From an uncultured Clostridium sp. (GTDB lineage Bacteria; Bacillota; Clostridia; UBA1381): 64,000 nucleotides of DNA. The position numbers and the translations under genes are program-made. The stretch covers positions 4,786 through 68,785 of the forward strand of contig CAYRSG010000001.1 of NCBI GenBank assembly GCA_964426905.1, read 5' to 3'. This document shows positions 39,803-49,919 of the stretch, piece by piece. Position 1 is the first letter of the stretch. Each line of letters begins with the position of its first letter. Below the pieces are notes generated by a model. It did not search any database. It worked only from the letters and a program-made list of their open reading frames with translations, and was not told the DNA's origin.

Positions 39803-42016
39803 TCATATCAGGCTGAGCTGCGTATCCTCCTTTGAAAGAATACCGCCCGCAGCCGGAATATTCTTTGTTCTGTATTTTCCGAAATTCTCTATACCGCAGT
39901 TTTGCGCGTCCATAACCTTTATTACCTTCGCGCCCTTTTTGCGCAGCGTCATCGCCTGAACTCCCTGTGTGCTCTTCGTGGCTTTAAGCGGGATTTTCTC
40001 CGTGTTAAGACAAAGCGCTCTGTTATTATCCGACGTCAGAACAACGTCCGTATTGCCGTTTATGAGCCTTATATCGCATATAGGCGACTTATCGCTGTAC
40101 GCGCCGACGAGCTTTTTACGGTTTGTTTTCGTAGCGTAATTGTTAAGCTTGACCTTAGCCATTTTACCGTTCTCAAACGTAAAGAGCATCTCCCCCTCGT
40201 AATCCGCGGTCACAACGATATACAATATTTTCTCGTCCTCCTCGAGTCCGAGTATTCCCGGCAGATACTCGCCCATTGTGCTGACCTTGGCGTCGGCAAT
40301 GTCATATGTCTTCATCTTATACGCGACGCATTTATTCGAGAAGAAAATAATTTCCGATTTATTGGTCGATTCTATTGTCTGCAAAATCTCGTCGGTTTCC
40401 TTCAGCTTATGCTCGGTTGTGCTTGAGCGCAGCGAAACCGCTGAGATTTTCTTCAGGTAATTTTCTCTCGTAAAGAATATCGTAAGCGCGTAATCATCTA
40501 TATTTTTCGTTTCCTTATATTCGGTTATATCGTCTCCGCTTATGAGCGTCGTCCTTCTGTCCTTTCCGTACTTTTTCGCAATTTGCGTAAGCTGCTTCGA
40601 GATTAACTTCTTAACCTCCTTGTCGCTTCCCAGAATACGGTTCAGCTCTTCAAGCTCCTCCATAAGCTTTTCAATATCGGAAATTCTGTTTAAAATATAT
40701 TCCTTATTCAGATTACGGAGCTTTATTTCCGCGATATATTCCGCCTGAATTTTATCAATTTCGAAGCCGTCCATCAAATTCGGCACAACGTCCGCCTCAA
40801 GCTCCGTATGACGGATAATCGATACGGCTTTATCTATATCGAGCAATATCTTTTTCAAGCCCGTCAAAAGATGCAGCTTTTCGCTCTTTTTCTCAATATC
40901 ATATTTCAGTCCGCGTTTAATGCAGCCCATGCGGAATTCTATCCAGTTCTTGAGTATATCCTTAATTCCCATAACCATGGGATGAGCGTTTATCAGAATA
41001 TTGAAATTACAGCTGAAGCTGTCCTCAAGCGGCGTCAGCTTATAGAGCTTCGCCATTAACGCGTCCGGGTCGATTCCGCGCTTCAAATCAAGAGTGATTT
41101 TAAAGCCGTTTATATCTATTTCATCGCGCGCGTCCGATATTTCCTTAAGCTTGTTCGCCTTTATAAGCTCCATTATTTTACCGATTATCGCTTCGCAGGT
41201 GGTAGTATACGGTATTTCAATGATTTCTATACAATTATTGGATTTGTCGTAAACGTACTTTGCTCGCAGTCTGAAGCTACCTCTGCCCGTATCGTAGATG
41301 GTCTGCATTTCCTCTTTATTATATATTATCTGCGCGCCGAGCGGAAAATCAGGCGCGGGCATAATGTCAATTATATCCGCGTCCTCATTTTTCATATACG
41401 CGATTGTCGCCTCGCATACCTCGCGCAGATTAAACGAGCATATATTGCTCGCCATACCTACGGCTATACCCTGATTAGGGTTAACAATAACGTTGGGGAA
41501 CGCCGCCGGCAGCAGCGTCGGCTCCTTCATTTCACCGTCGTAGTTATCGACAAACTCAACCGTATTCTTGTTTATATCTCCGAAAAGCTCTTGACATATC
41601 GGTTCAAGACGCACCTCGGTATAACGCGAAGCGGCGTACGCCATATCGCGCGAATACTGCTTTCCGAAATTACCCTGCGACTCTACGAGCGGATGCAGAA
41701 GAGTTTCGTTTCCGCGCGTAAGACGAACCATCGTCTCGTAAATCGCCGCGTCGCCGTGCGGATTTAGCTTCATTGTCTGACCGACAACATTAGCCGATTT
41801 CGTCATTTTACCGCCCAGCAGTCCCATTTTATACATCGTATATAAAAGTTTCCTGTGCGCCGGCTTTAGTCCGTCAATTTCGGGAATTGCTCTGGAAACT
41901 ATAACGCTCATAGCGTAGGGCATATAGTTCTTCTCAAGCATCTCCGTAATCGGCTGGTCCTCTATCGGCGCGTATTTAATTATCTGTTCTTCTTCCTGCT
42001 TCTTTTTCCTCGCCAT
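39803..42016 (-). CDS. parC: Type IIA DNA topoisomerase subunit A (GyrA/ParC family; Topo IV-like)
   Basis: YAMSVIVSRAIP, DGLKPAHR, PHGD, AASRYTE catalytic Tyr, GIAVGMA; short CTD with no GyrA-box. The family is secure; ParC versus GyrA is inferred. Confidence 0.8.
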   Translation of the reverse strand: MARKKKQEEEQIIKYAPIEDQPITEMLEKNYMPYAMSVIVSRAIPEIDGLKPAHRKLLYTMYKMGLLGGKMTKSANVVGQTMKLNPHGDAAIYETMVRLTRGNETLLHPLVESQGNFGKQYSRDMAYAASRYTEVRLEPICQELFGDINKNTVEFVDNYDGEMKEPTLLPAAFPNVIVNPNQGIAVGMASNICSFNLREVCEATIAYMKNEDADIIDIMPAPDFPLGAQIIYNKEEMQTIYDTGRGSFRLRAKYVYDKSNNCIEIIEIPYTTTCEAIIGKIMELIKANKLKEISDARDEIDINGFKITLDLKRGIDPDALMAKLYKLTPLEDSFSCNFNILINAHPMVMGIKDILKNWIEFRMGCIKRGLKYDIEKKSEKLHLLTGLKKILLDIDKAVSIIRHTELEADVVPNLMDGFEIDKIQAEYIAEIKLRNLNKEYILNRISDIEKLMEELEELNRILGSDKEVKKLISKQLTQIAKKYGKDRRTTLISGDDITEYKETKNIDDYALTIFFTRENYLKKISAVSLRSSTTEHKLKETDEILQTIESTNKSEIIFFSNKCVAYKMKTYDIADAKVSTMGEYLPGILGLEEDEKILYIVVTADYEGEMLFTFENGKMAKVKLNNYATKTNRKKLVGAYSDKSPICDIRLINGNTDVVLTSDNNRALCLNTEKIPLKATKSTQGVQAMTLRKKGAKVIKVMDAQNCGIENFGKYRTKNIPAAGGILSKEDTQLSLI

Positions 42017-42027
42017 GATTTCTCCTT

Positions 42028-44046
42028 TTACGATAAATCCAACTGTTCCATATACATTGCGCCGTTATCGGCGATAAAATCTTTTCTTCCCTGAATATTA
42101 TCCCCGAGCAGCACGTCGAACATCGCCGCGGTACGCTCCATACTCTCGGGAGTTACGCGTATAAGACGTCTTGTCGCGGGATGCATTGTCGTAAGGCTCA
42201 TCATATCCGGCTCGTTTTCGCCGAGACCCTTTGAGCGTTTTATATCGTACTCATCCTTTTCCTTTGAAAGCCCGTCCTTCCGAAGCTTCGCGAGAAGCTC
42301 CTCCTTCTCGCCGTCCGTATAAGCGAAAAGCTTTTCGCCTTTGCGCTTTGTTTTTGTAATCGTTATCTCATAAAGCGGCGACTCCGCGATAAATACCTTG
42401 CCCGCCTCTATAAGCGTGGGCATGAGCCGGTAAATCATCGTAAGAACAAGCGTTCTTATCTGGAAGCCGTCGACGTCCGCATCGGTACAAATTATTACCT
42501 TGTCCCAGCGCAGATTGTCAAGACTGAAGCTGTCTATTCCGCGGTTATTCTTTGTCTTTATCTCAACGCCGCAGCCAAGCACGCGTATTAAATCGGTTAT
42601 GACGTCGCTCTTGAATATTCTCGGATAATCGACCTTCAGGCAATTCAGAATCTTTCCGCGTATCGGCATAATAGCCTGAAATGAAGCGTCGCGCGCAAGC
42701 TTGCACGAGCCTAACGCCGAGTCGCCCTCGACGATATAGACCTCGCGCTTGGTCGCGTCCTTACTGCGGCAGTCGACAAACTTTTCAACTCTGTTTGTAA
42801 CGTCCATCGTACCCGTGAGTTTTTTCTTTATATCTATTCTCGCTTTTTCCGCATTCTCGCGGCTGCGTTTGTTTACAAGCACCTGATTCGCTATTTTCTC
42901 CGCGTCGGTCTTGTTCTCGATAAAATATATCTCAAGCTGATGACGCAGAAACTCTGTCATGGCTTCCTGAATAAACTTATTGTTTATCGCCTTTTTAGTT
43001 TGATTCTCATAGCTCGTCTGGGTCGAGAACGAGTTTATGACAAGCGCCAGACAATCCGCGACGTCGTTAAACGTTATTTTCGAGTCGTTCTTGTTATATT
43101 TGTCGTTCTGCTTCAGATACCTGTCTATAGCGTATACGAACGCGTTTTTAACGGCCTTGTCGGGCGAGCCGCCGTGTTCAAGAAAGCTCGAGTTATGATA
43201 ATATTCAAGCATATTTACCTTGTTTGAGAAGCAGAACGCGACCTGCATCTTCATACGGTAATCTTCCTTGTCCTCGCGGTCTCTGCCCTCGCGCTCGATT
43301 TCCCATGTTTCAACCGTCGTGAAGCCGTCCTCTCCGACAGCCTCCTTAACGTAGTCCGCAATGCCGTTTTCGTAGTAATACTCAAACATTTCCATGCCGG
43401 TTTCCGTCTCGTTATACAGAACGAATTTCAGTCCGGCGTTTACCATCGCCTGTTTATCGAGTACATCCTGAAAAAATTCCAGCGGAATATCTATATCTGT
43501 AAAAACCTCGGCGTCCGGCTTCCATTTCTGCACCGTTCCCGTCTGAATACTTCTCGTATCCGACTTTTTTAGTCCGCCTATGTTTTCTCCTTTTTCAAAA
43601 TGAAGAGAATACACTGTCTTATCGCGCACAACGGTTACATCCATATACTCGCTGCTGTACTGCGTCGCGCACGCGCCCAGACCGTTCAAGCCGAGACTGT
43701 ACTCATACATTCCGCCTTTGTTGTTGTCATATTTTCCGCCGGCGTAAAGCTCGCAGTATACAAGCTCCCAATTATAGCGTCCCTCGCCCTCGTTGTAGTC
43801 GAGAGGCACTCCTCGTCCGTGGTCTCTGACCTCAATGGAATTGTCCATAAAACGCGTGACTTCTATAAGATTTCCGTAGCCCTCGCGCGCCTCGTCTATA
43901 GAATTTGATAATATTTCAAAAAAAGAATGTTCGCAGCCCTCAAGTCCGTCGGAGCCGAAAATTACCGCCGGACGTTTTCTTACCCTGTCCGCGCCTTTAA
44001 GACTTGTTATGCTGTCGTTTCCGTATTCCTGTTTCTTTTTTGGCAT
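42028..44046 (-). CDS. parE: Type IIA DNA topoisomerase subunit B (GyrB/ParE family; Topo IV-like)
   Basis: VRKRP, EILSNSIDE, DHGRGVP, TOPRIM VEGDSA, PIRGKILN, TDADVDG and KGLGE. ParE versus GyrB is inferred from its partner. Confidence 0.8.
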   Translation of the reverse strand: MPKKKQEYGNDSITSLKGADRVRKRPAVIFGSDGLEGCEHSFFEILSNSIDEAREGYGNLIEVTRFMDNSIEVRDHGRGVPLDYNEGEGRYNWELVYCELYAGGKYDNNKGGMYEYSLGLNGLGACATQYSSEYMDVTVVRDKTVYSLHFEKGENIGGLKKSDTRSIQTGTVQKWKPDAEVFTDIDIPLEFFQDVLDKQAMVNAGLKFVLYNETETGMEMFEYYYENGIADYVKEAVGEDGFTTVETWEIEREGRDREDKEDYRMKMQVAFCFSNKVNMLEYYHNSSFLEHGGSPDKAVKNAFVYAIDRYLKQNDKYNKNDSKITFNDVADCLALVINSFSTQTSYENQTKKAINNKFIQEAMTEFLRHQLEIYFIENKTDAEKIANQVLVNKRSRENAEKARIDIKKKLTGTMDVTNRVEKFVDCRSKDATKREVYIVEGDSALGSCKLARDASFQAIMPIRGKILNCLKVDYPRIFKSDVITDLIRVLGCGVEIKTKNNRGIDSFSLDNLRWDKVIICTDADVDGFQIRTLVLTMIYRLMPTLIEAGKVFIAESPLYEITITKTKRKGEKLFAYTDGEKEELLAKLRKDGLSKEKDEYDIKRSKGLGENEPDMMSLTTMHPATRRLIRVTPESMERTAAMFDVLLGDNIQGRKDFIADNGAMYMEQLDLS

Positions 44047-44358
44047 AAAACGTATCCTATCCTTTCATAGCTCCGTCTAAATATAGAGCTTTTTGATTAT
44101 ATATTAATTAATTATACTACTATATATCCGTTTTTGTCAAATGCCGCTTGTCTCTATTTGATTAAATGATTATTACAATTCGATTATATTTTTGCTCTTT
44201 TATGCAAATTTTATAAAAGAAGACCGAATGACAGAAAAAAAATCATTAATTGCGTAAAATTTGATTTTTCCTATTGTTTTATGCTCATGTTTGTGATAAA
44301 ATAACGATGTGTACGCGGACAATCTGCGTTTAACAATTTGCAAACGTGAGGTTATAAA

Positions 44359-44877
44359 ATGAATACCGCATATATTTATCTGCAATTATACAGATTATTT
44401 GACAATGCGACTCCGGTTCCGATCGACTGCGAACGCCTGTGCGATAAAGCATGCTGTAAAGGGAGTGACAGCGGAATGTTTCTTTTTCCCGGCGAAAAAA
44501 AAGTATTTGATTTGCTCAATCCCGAATGGATCAGAATTGGCAGGACAGATTTTTTCTATGATTACAATGGAAAAAAAAATAATGTTCCCATAGCGATGTG
44601 TCAGGGACGATGCGACAGATATCAGCGTCCCATGGCGTGCAGGATTTTCCCTCTTACGCCCTATCTTAACGAAAACGGACAGCTCGAAATAATTATTGAT
44701 CCGCGCGCTAAGGGAATATGTCCTATGGCAAAGGCGTTTTACTTAGACGATTTTGATGAAAATTTTCTTAGAAATGTCAGAAAAACTTTTTCGCTGCTCT
44801 CAAAAAGCAAACAGTTTTGCGCGTTTCTTAAGGAATATTCAGCGTATATTGATGAATTCAGACGGTTTTATAAATAG
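44359..44877 (+). CDS. Cys-rich hypothetical protein (YkgJ/CxxCxxCC-like metal cluster)
   Basis: DCxxLCxxACC, CxGxC, RPMACRIFP and CP pattern; RBS GAGG. Confidence 0.65.
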   Translation: MNTAYIYLQLYRLFDNATPVPIDCERLCDKACCKGSDSGMFLFPGEKKVFDLLNPEWIRIGRTDFFYDYNGKKNNVPIAMCQGRCDRYQRPMACRIFPLTPYLNENGQLEIIIDPRAKGICPMAKAFYLDDFDENFLRNVRKTFSLLSKSKQFCAFLKEYSAYIDEFRRFYK

Positions 44878-44892
44878 AAGGGGATAGAATTA

Positions 44893-46575
44893 ATGCAGGA
44901 AGGTAAAAACGAAAACACCAATGATATTGAAAATTTTGACAATATTATCAGCGAAAATGAGATAGAAGAAAATTACAGCTTCGACGATGAAGAGGATGAT
45001 TTTGCCGTTGCCTCCGAGCCTGAAGCGGAGAAGGTCAGCTCATCGGAGGTTATCGAGGAGCATGCGGACGCTCTCGAGGAGGAAAACGAAAGAACAAAAA
45101 AACGCCGCAGAGAAAACCGCACAGCGTTTATACGGAAAATTAAAATACCGTCAATCATTGTTCTTATTGTTGCCGTATGCTCATTTGTCGCTTTATTCGC
45201 CTATGCCCTGACTACCATAAAGGCTGACCGCGTAATGAACAACGTATACATTGAAAATCTTGACGTGGGCGGTCTTACATACGACGAGGCTGTGGCGTCG
45301 GTAAGCGCGACATATTTGTTTGAGAAATCAGAAATAACGCTGCAAAACGGCGACAAATCGTTTACAATAAAAGGCTCCGATATCGGTCTGACGGCTGTTC
45401 CCGAAGAAACAGCGGACAAAGCGTTCGCCTACTGTAAATCGGGAAACTTTTTCGCGGACGGCTTCAACGCTATGATGCTTCTTTTCAAGGAGCATGTAAT
45501 AGTTCCCGCACCGCAGGCGGACATGGAGCGTCTTGATGAAAAAATAAACGAATTCGGAAATATCGTTCTCGGCGAGAGAAAACAGCACTCCGTCGAAATC
45601 GGCGATGACGGAATCGTTACGATATCCTCCGGCAAAACGGGATATGACGGAGACCCGTCTGCGGCAAGAGAGGAAATACTCGCCGCCATGAATAACGAAC
45701 AGTTTACCGGCATAAACGTGACATACTCGTCCGCGCCGCCGGATAATATGACCGTCGAAGCTCTGGACGCTATTGTATACAAGGACCCTGTGGACGCGAG
45801 ATATGAAGTTGAAGGAAATACCGTAAACGTTATACCGGGCGAGACGGGACGCTTTATAAACAAGGAGGAGGCTGCCGCGGCTATACAGAATGTGTACGAG
45901 GGCTGCGAGCCGGTAACTCTGCCGTTCTATGTTTCTCAGCCGGACAAAACCGCTCAGACGCTTAAGGACAAGCTGTTTTCGGCTACACTCAGCTCGTACT
46001 CCACATCATACGGCACTTCTACCTCCAACAGATGCGCCAACATTGCCCGCGCGGCAAGTCTTATAAACGGCGCCGTTATCGCGCCGGGCGGAGTATTTTC
46101 TTTCAACGATACCGTCGGACGCAGAACAACGGCAAACGGCTTCTACACAGCCAAAGAATATGTTGACGGAAAGAGCGTAGACGGTATCGGCGGCGGTACA
46201 TGTCAGGTGAGCAGCACGCTTTACTCAGCCGTGCTTTACGCCGATATGACAATAGTCGAGCGCCTGAATCATATGATGACGGTAGGCTATATCCCTCTCG
46301 GTCAGGACGCCACGGTTTCAGACGGCGGAGTTGATTTCAAATTTAAGAACAGCAGCGAATATCCCGTAAAGATTTCCGCTTACACAAGCGGAGCGACTAT
46401 TACAATAAGCATAATCGGCACGGACTGGACGCCGCATAAGGAAGTGAAAATTTCCAACACCAGCTCTCAGTCCGGCAAAAATACCGTTGTGCACTCAACA
46501 AGATATGTATACGCAGACGGCAGTCTCGTTCAGACGGAAACTCTGAACTCAAGCACTTACATGCCTCACGAATAA
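44893..46575 (+). CDS. VanW family protein with peptidoglycan-binding domain
   Basis: Acidic N-terminus, one TM helix, NVYIENLDVGGLT; VanW motifs FSFNDTVG, GIGGGTCQVSSTLY, GQDATV and DFKFKN. Confidence 0.9.
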   Translation: MQEGKNENTNDIENFDNIISENEIEENYSFDDEEDDFAVASEPEAEKVSSSEVIEEHADALEEENERTKKRRRENRTAFIRKIKIPSIIVLIVAVCSFVALFAYALTTIKADRVMNNVYIENLDVGGLTYDEAVASVSATYLFEKSEITLQNGDKSFTIKGSDIGLTAVPEETADKAFAYCKSGNFFADGFNAMMLLFKEHVIVPAPQADMERLDEKINEFGNIVLGERKQHSVEIGDDGIVTISSGKTGYDGDPSAAREEILAAMNNEQFTGINVTYSSAPPDNMTVEALDAIVYKDPVDARYEVEGNTVNVIPGETGRFINKEEAAAAIQNVYEGCEPVTLPFYVSQPDKTAQTLKDKLFSATLSSYSTSYGTSTSNRCANIARAASLINGAVIAPGGVFSFNDTVGRRTTANGFYTAKEYVDGKSVDGIGGGTCQVSSTLYSAVLYADMTIVERLNHMMTVGYIPLGQDATVSDGGVDFKFKNSSEYPVKISAYTSGATITISIIGTDWTPHKEVKISNTSSQSGKNTVVHSTRYVYADGSLVQTETLNSSTYMPHE

Positions 46576-46630
46576 TGCAGATTGCATAAAGTAATTTATA
46601 ATAAATTTTTATATTTTATTAAATTACCCC

Positions 46631-46723
46631 TTGCAAACATTTTCAAAATATGATATATTATACTAAAGTGTACAGCAAAGACGTTGTATAACGGGATAAT
46701 ATTCCGCTATATAGCGTCTTTTT
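46631..46723 (+). promoter_or_regulatory. gatCAB-aspS promoter and leader attenuator (ANTAR-like hairpin overlapping a terminator)
   Basis: TTGCAA-N17-TATATT; hairpin TACAGC-AAAGAC-GTTGTA (46671-46688) overlapping the stem AAAGACGTTGTATAACGG / CCGCTATATAGCGTCTTT plus T-run. Confidence 0.6.
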
Positions 46724-46754
46724 GTTTTAAATTTATAAGGATTGGAGAATTAAT

Positions 46755-47033
46755 ATGTTTAACTCGGATTTAACAAGACGTCTCGCCGAGCTGTCGAAAA
46801 TTGAATTAACGGATGAAGAGCTTGATACTATGACCGCGGATATGACGAATATAATCGCGCTTATGGATAAGGTATGCGAATTTGACTCCTCAAAGCCGCC
46901 TTACGCGCTGGACGCGGTAGATTACAACGATTTGCGCGCGGATGAACATAAGGATTCATATCCTACAGACAAAATTGTCGCTAACGCAAAAAATGTTAAA
47001 AACGACAGTTTCGTTGTTCCGAAGGTAGTATAA
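46755..47033 (+). CDS. gatC: Asp-tRNA(Asn)/Glu-tRNA(Gln) amidotransferase subunit C
   Basis: LAELSKIEL, LRADE, FVVPKVV; first gene of gatCAB. Confidence 0.92.
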   Translation: MFNSDLTRRLAELSKIELTDEELDTMTADMTNIIALMDKVCEFDSSKPPYALDAVDYNDLRADEHKDSYPTDKIVANAKNVKNDSFVVPKVV

Positions 47034-47052
47034 ACAGAAGGGATTGATTTTA

Positions 47053-48489
47053 ATGAGCCTTAAAGAGTTAAGAGAAAAGCTCGATAAAAAAGAGATAAGC
47101 GCGGTTGAGCTTGCTGAGGAATATCTCGGCAGAACGGAAAAAGCCGATAAAGTCATAAACAGCTACATTACGGTATGCCGCGAAAGCGCTCTGTCAGACG
47201 CAAAGGCGGCGCAGGAGAGAATTGACGCGGGGCAGCCGGGAGCGTTCACGGGTATCCCTGTAAGCGTTAAGGATAATATCTGCACCGAAGGCGTCAGGAC
47301 AACCTGCGCGTCGCGTATGCTTGAGGATTTTGTTCCGCCTTACGACGCCTCTGTCATAGAAAAGCTGAAAAGAGAAAATATAGTAATACTCGGCAAAACA
47401 AATATGGACGAGTTCGCTATGGGCGGATCGTCGCAGACGTCGTATTTCGGCGGAGTCAGAAATCCGTACGACACAACACGCGTTACCGGCGGTTCGTCCG
47501 GAGGCGCGGCGGCAAGCGTCGCCGCCGGTTTCTGCGCCGCGGCTTTAGGCTCCGACACGGGCGGTTCTATTCGCCAGCCCGCGGCTTTCTGCGGAGTTAC
47601 AGGCTTAAAGCCGACCTACGGCGCCGTTTCAAGATGGGGACTTATCGCGTTCGCCTCGTCGCTTGACCAGATAGGCGTAATCGCGAAATCCGCCGAAGAT
47701 ACAGGGTACGTTTTAAACGGCATTTACGGCTATGACGCAAACGACGCGACTTCAAGCAAAAAGAGCGAAGGCGATTACACCTCGCTTGTCGGAAGCGGCA
47801 TAAGCAATCTGAAAATAGGCGTGCCGAAGGAATTTTTCGGGGACGGTCTTAACGGCGAGGTAAAGGCGGCGGTGTTAAACGCTGTTGAATACTACAAAAA
47901 ACTCGGATGCGAAATAGCCGACGTTTCCCTCCCCTCTCTTGAATACGCCGTTTCGGCGTATTACCTCATTTCCTCAGCGGAGGCCGCAAGCAATTTATCG
48001 CGCTTCGACGGAATTAAATACGGATTGCGCTCGGGACTCGGCGAGGATTTCAACGATCTGATTAAAAAATCGCGCCGCGAAGGCTTCGGAAACGAAGTTA
48101 AGCGCCGTATCATGCTCGGTAATTACGCTCTTTGCTCCGGCTACTACGATGCGTACTACAAGAACGCGACGCGCATACGCACGCAAATCCGCGAGGAATA
48201 CAAAACAATATTTGAGCAGTGCGACGTTATGCTCACGCCTACAGCTCCTACAACGGCTTACAAAATAGGAGAGCAGGAAAACGATCCGGTTAAAATGTAC
48301 CTCGCCGATATATACACCGTGACGGTCAATATCGCCGGACTTCCCGCCATATCGACCACCTGCGGCTATGATAAAAGCGGCATGCCGATAGGCATGAGCC
48401 TTGTGGGAAAATCATTCGACGAAAAAACAATCATAGCGGTATGCGACCGCTTTGAAAAGGATTTTGAGAGAAAGGAGGCTGTATTATGA
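47053..48489 (+). CDS. gatA: Amidotransferase subunit A
   Basis: Amidase signature VKDNI, GKTNMDEFAMG, GGSSGG, GSDTGGSIRQPA; ATG at 47053 preferred over TTG at 47044. Confidence 0.96.
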   Translation: MSLKELREKLDKKEISAVELAEEYLGRTEKADKVINSYITVCRESALSDAKAAQERIDAGQPGAFTGIPVSVKDNICTEGVRTTCASRMLEDFVPPYDASVIEKLKRENIVILGKTNMDEFAMGGSSQTSYFGGVRNPYDTTRVTGGSSGGAAASVAAGFCAAALGSDTGGSIRQPAAFCGVTGLKPTYGAVSRWGLIAFASSLDQIGVIAKSAEDTGYVLNGIYGYDANDATSSKKSEGDYTSLVGSGISNLKIGVPKEFFGDGLNGEVKAAVLNAVEYYKKLGCEIADVSLPSLEYAVSAYYLISSAEAASNLSRFDGIKYGLRSGLGEDFNDLIKKSRREGFGNEVKRRIMLGNYALCSGYYDAYYKNATRIRTQIREEYKTIFEQCDVMLTPTAPTTAYKIGEQENDPVKMYLADIYTVTVNIAGLPAISTTCGYDKSGMPIGMSLVGKSFDEKTIIAVCDRFEKDFERKEAVL

Positions 48490-49904
48490 GATATCAGCCT
48501 GTAATAGGACTTGAAATTCACGCGGAGCTTTTAACCGACTCCAAAGTATTCTGCTCCTGCCGCAACGAATTCGGCGGCGGCGAGAACACTCGCGTATGCC
48601 CGCGCTGCTCCGGTATGCCGGGAACGCTTCCGCTCGTAAATCAAGGCGCGGTAAGGCTTGCCGCAAAAGCCGGTTTCGCCACCGACTGCACCGTTCACAG
48701 CTACAGCTCCTTCGACAGAAAAAACTACTTCTATCCCGACCTCCCGAAAGCGTATCAGATTACGCAGTTTGAGCATCCGATATGCACCGGCGGTCATATA
48801 ACCGTTAAAGACGGGAAAAATATACGGATTAACCGTATCCACATCGAAGAGGACGCGGGAAAGCTTGTACATGACGATTACGAGGGTATTTCTATGGCGG
48901 ATTACAACCGCTGCGGCGTGCCTCTTATAGAAATTGTAACGGAACCCGATTTCCGCACAATCGAGGAGGTTCAGGACTTTGTCGAGCAGATTGCTCTGCG
49001 TCTTAAATACGCCGGAGTGTGCGACGCGAGAATGGAACAGGGCTCGCTGCGCGTGGACGTTAACATTTCGATTATGCCGGCAGGCTCGGAGGTATTCGGA
49101 ACCCGCGCGGAGCTTAAAAACCTCAACTCTTTAAAAGCAATCGGACGCGCGATTGAATACGAAATAAACCGTCAGGCGGAAATTCTCGACAACGGCGGAG
49201 AGGTTATTCAGGAAACGCGCCGCTACAACGACAACCACGGAGACACAAAAGCGCTCCGTTCAAAAGAGGAAGCTCATGATTACCGCTATTTCCCCGAACC
49301 TGATATCCCTCCCGTGCTTTTGAGCGACGAGGATATGCGCTCAATCAGAAATTCCATGCCCGAAATGCCGCAGTCGCGGTTCGAGCGTTATACCAAACAG
49401 TATGGACTGTCGGACGAGGACGCTTCTCTCATAATTTCAAGCATGGATTTTTCCGACTTCTACGACGAAGCTGTAAAAATCAACCCCGACTACAGGCAGA
49501 TTTCAAACATGATGCTGGTGGAGCTTAACAGAAATCTGAACGATTCCGAAAAAACAATCGCGGACGTGACCTTCTCCCCCGCCGACCTCGCGGAGCTTGT
49601 CAAAATGTCCTCGGACGGAGTCGTTTCAAAGAACGCCGCAAAGGATATTCTTAAAATCATGTTCGACAGCGGCAAAAAGCCTATGGATATCGCCAAAGAA
49701 AGCGGATTTATTATGAATAACGACGCTTCGGGACTGGAGGATATTATAGACAAGGTTCTCCGCGAAAATGCCGACAGCGTGGAAAGCTATAAAAACGGCA
49801 ACGCTAAAATATTCGGATTTCTTATGGGACAGGTTGTCCGTCTCGCCGGAAAAGGCGCCAACCCGAAGCTGGCAAAGGAGTTGCTCAGCGAAAAACTGAA
49901 ATAG
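48486..49904 (+). CDS. gatB: Amidotransferase subunit B
   Basis: IGLEIHAEL, FDRKNYFYPDLPKAYQITQ, HIEEDAGK, DYRYFPEPD and Yqey-like tail. Confidence 0.97.
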   Translation: MRYQPVIGLEIHAELLTDSKVFCSCRNEFGGGENTRVCPRCSGMPGTLPLVNQGAVRLAAKAGFATDCTVHSYSSFDRKNYFYPDLPKAYQITQFEHPICTGGHITVKDGKNIRINRIHIEEDAGKLVHDDYEGISMADYNRCGVPLIEIVTEPDFRTIEEVQDFVEQIALRLKYAGVCDARMEQGSLRVDVNISIMPAGSEVFGTRAELKNLNSLKAIGRAIEYEINRQAEILDNGGEVIQETRRYNDNHGDTKALRSKEEAHDYRYFPEPDIPPVLLSDEDMRSIRNSMPEMPQSRFERYTKQYGLSDEDASLIISSMDFSDFYDEAVKINPDYRQISNMMLVELNRNLNDSEKTIADVTFSPADLAELVKMSSDGVVSKNAAKDILKIMFDSGKKPMDIAKESGFIMNNDASGLEDIIDKVLRENADSVESYKNGNAKIFGFLMGQVVRLAGKGANPKLAKELLSEKLK

Positions 49905-49919
49905 ATTGGAGTGTTATAT

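Noticed and set aside
46576-46754. T-box riboswitch before gatCAB-aspS
   Set aside because: The leader is only about 90 nt and lacks the TGGNACCGCG T-box sequence and specifier stem.
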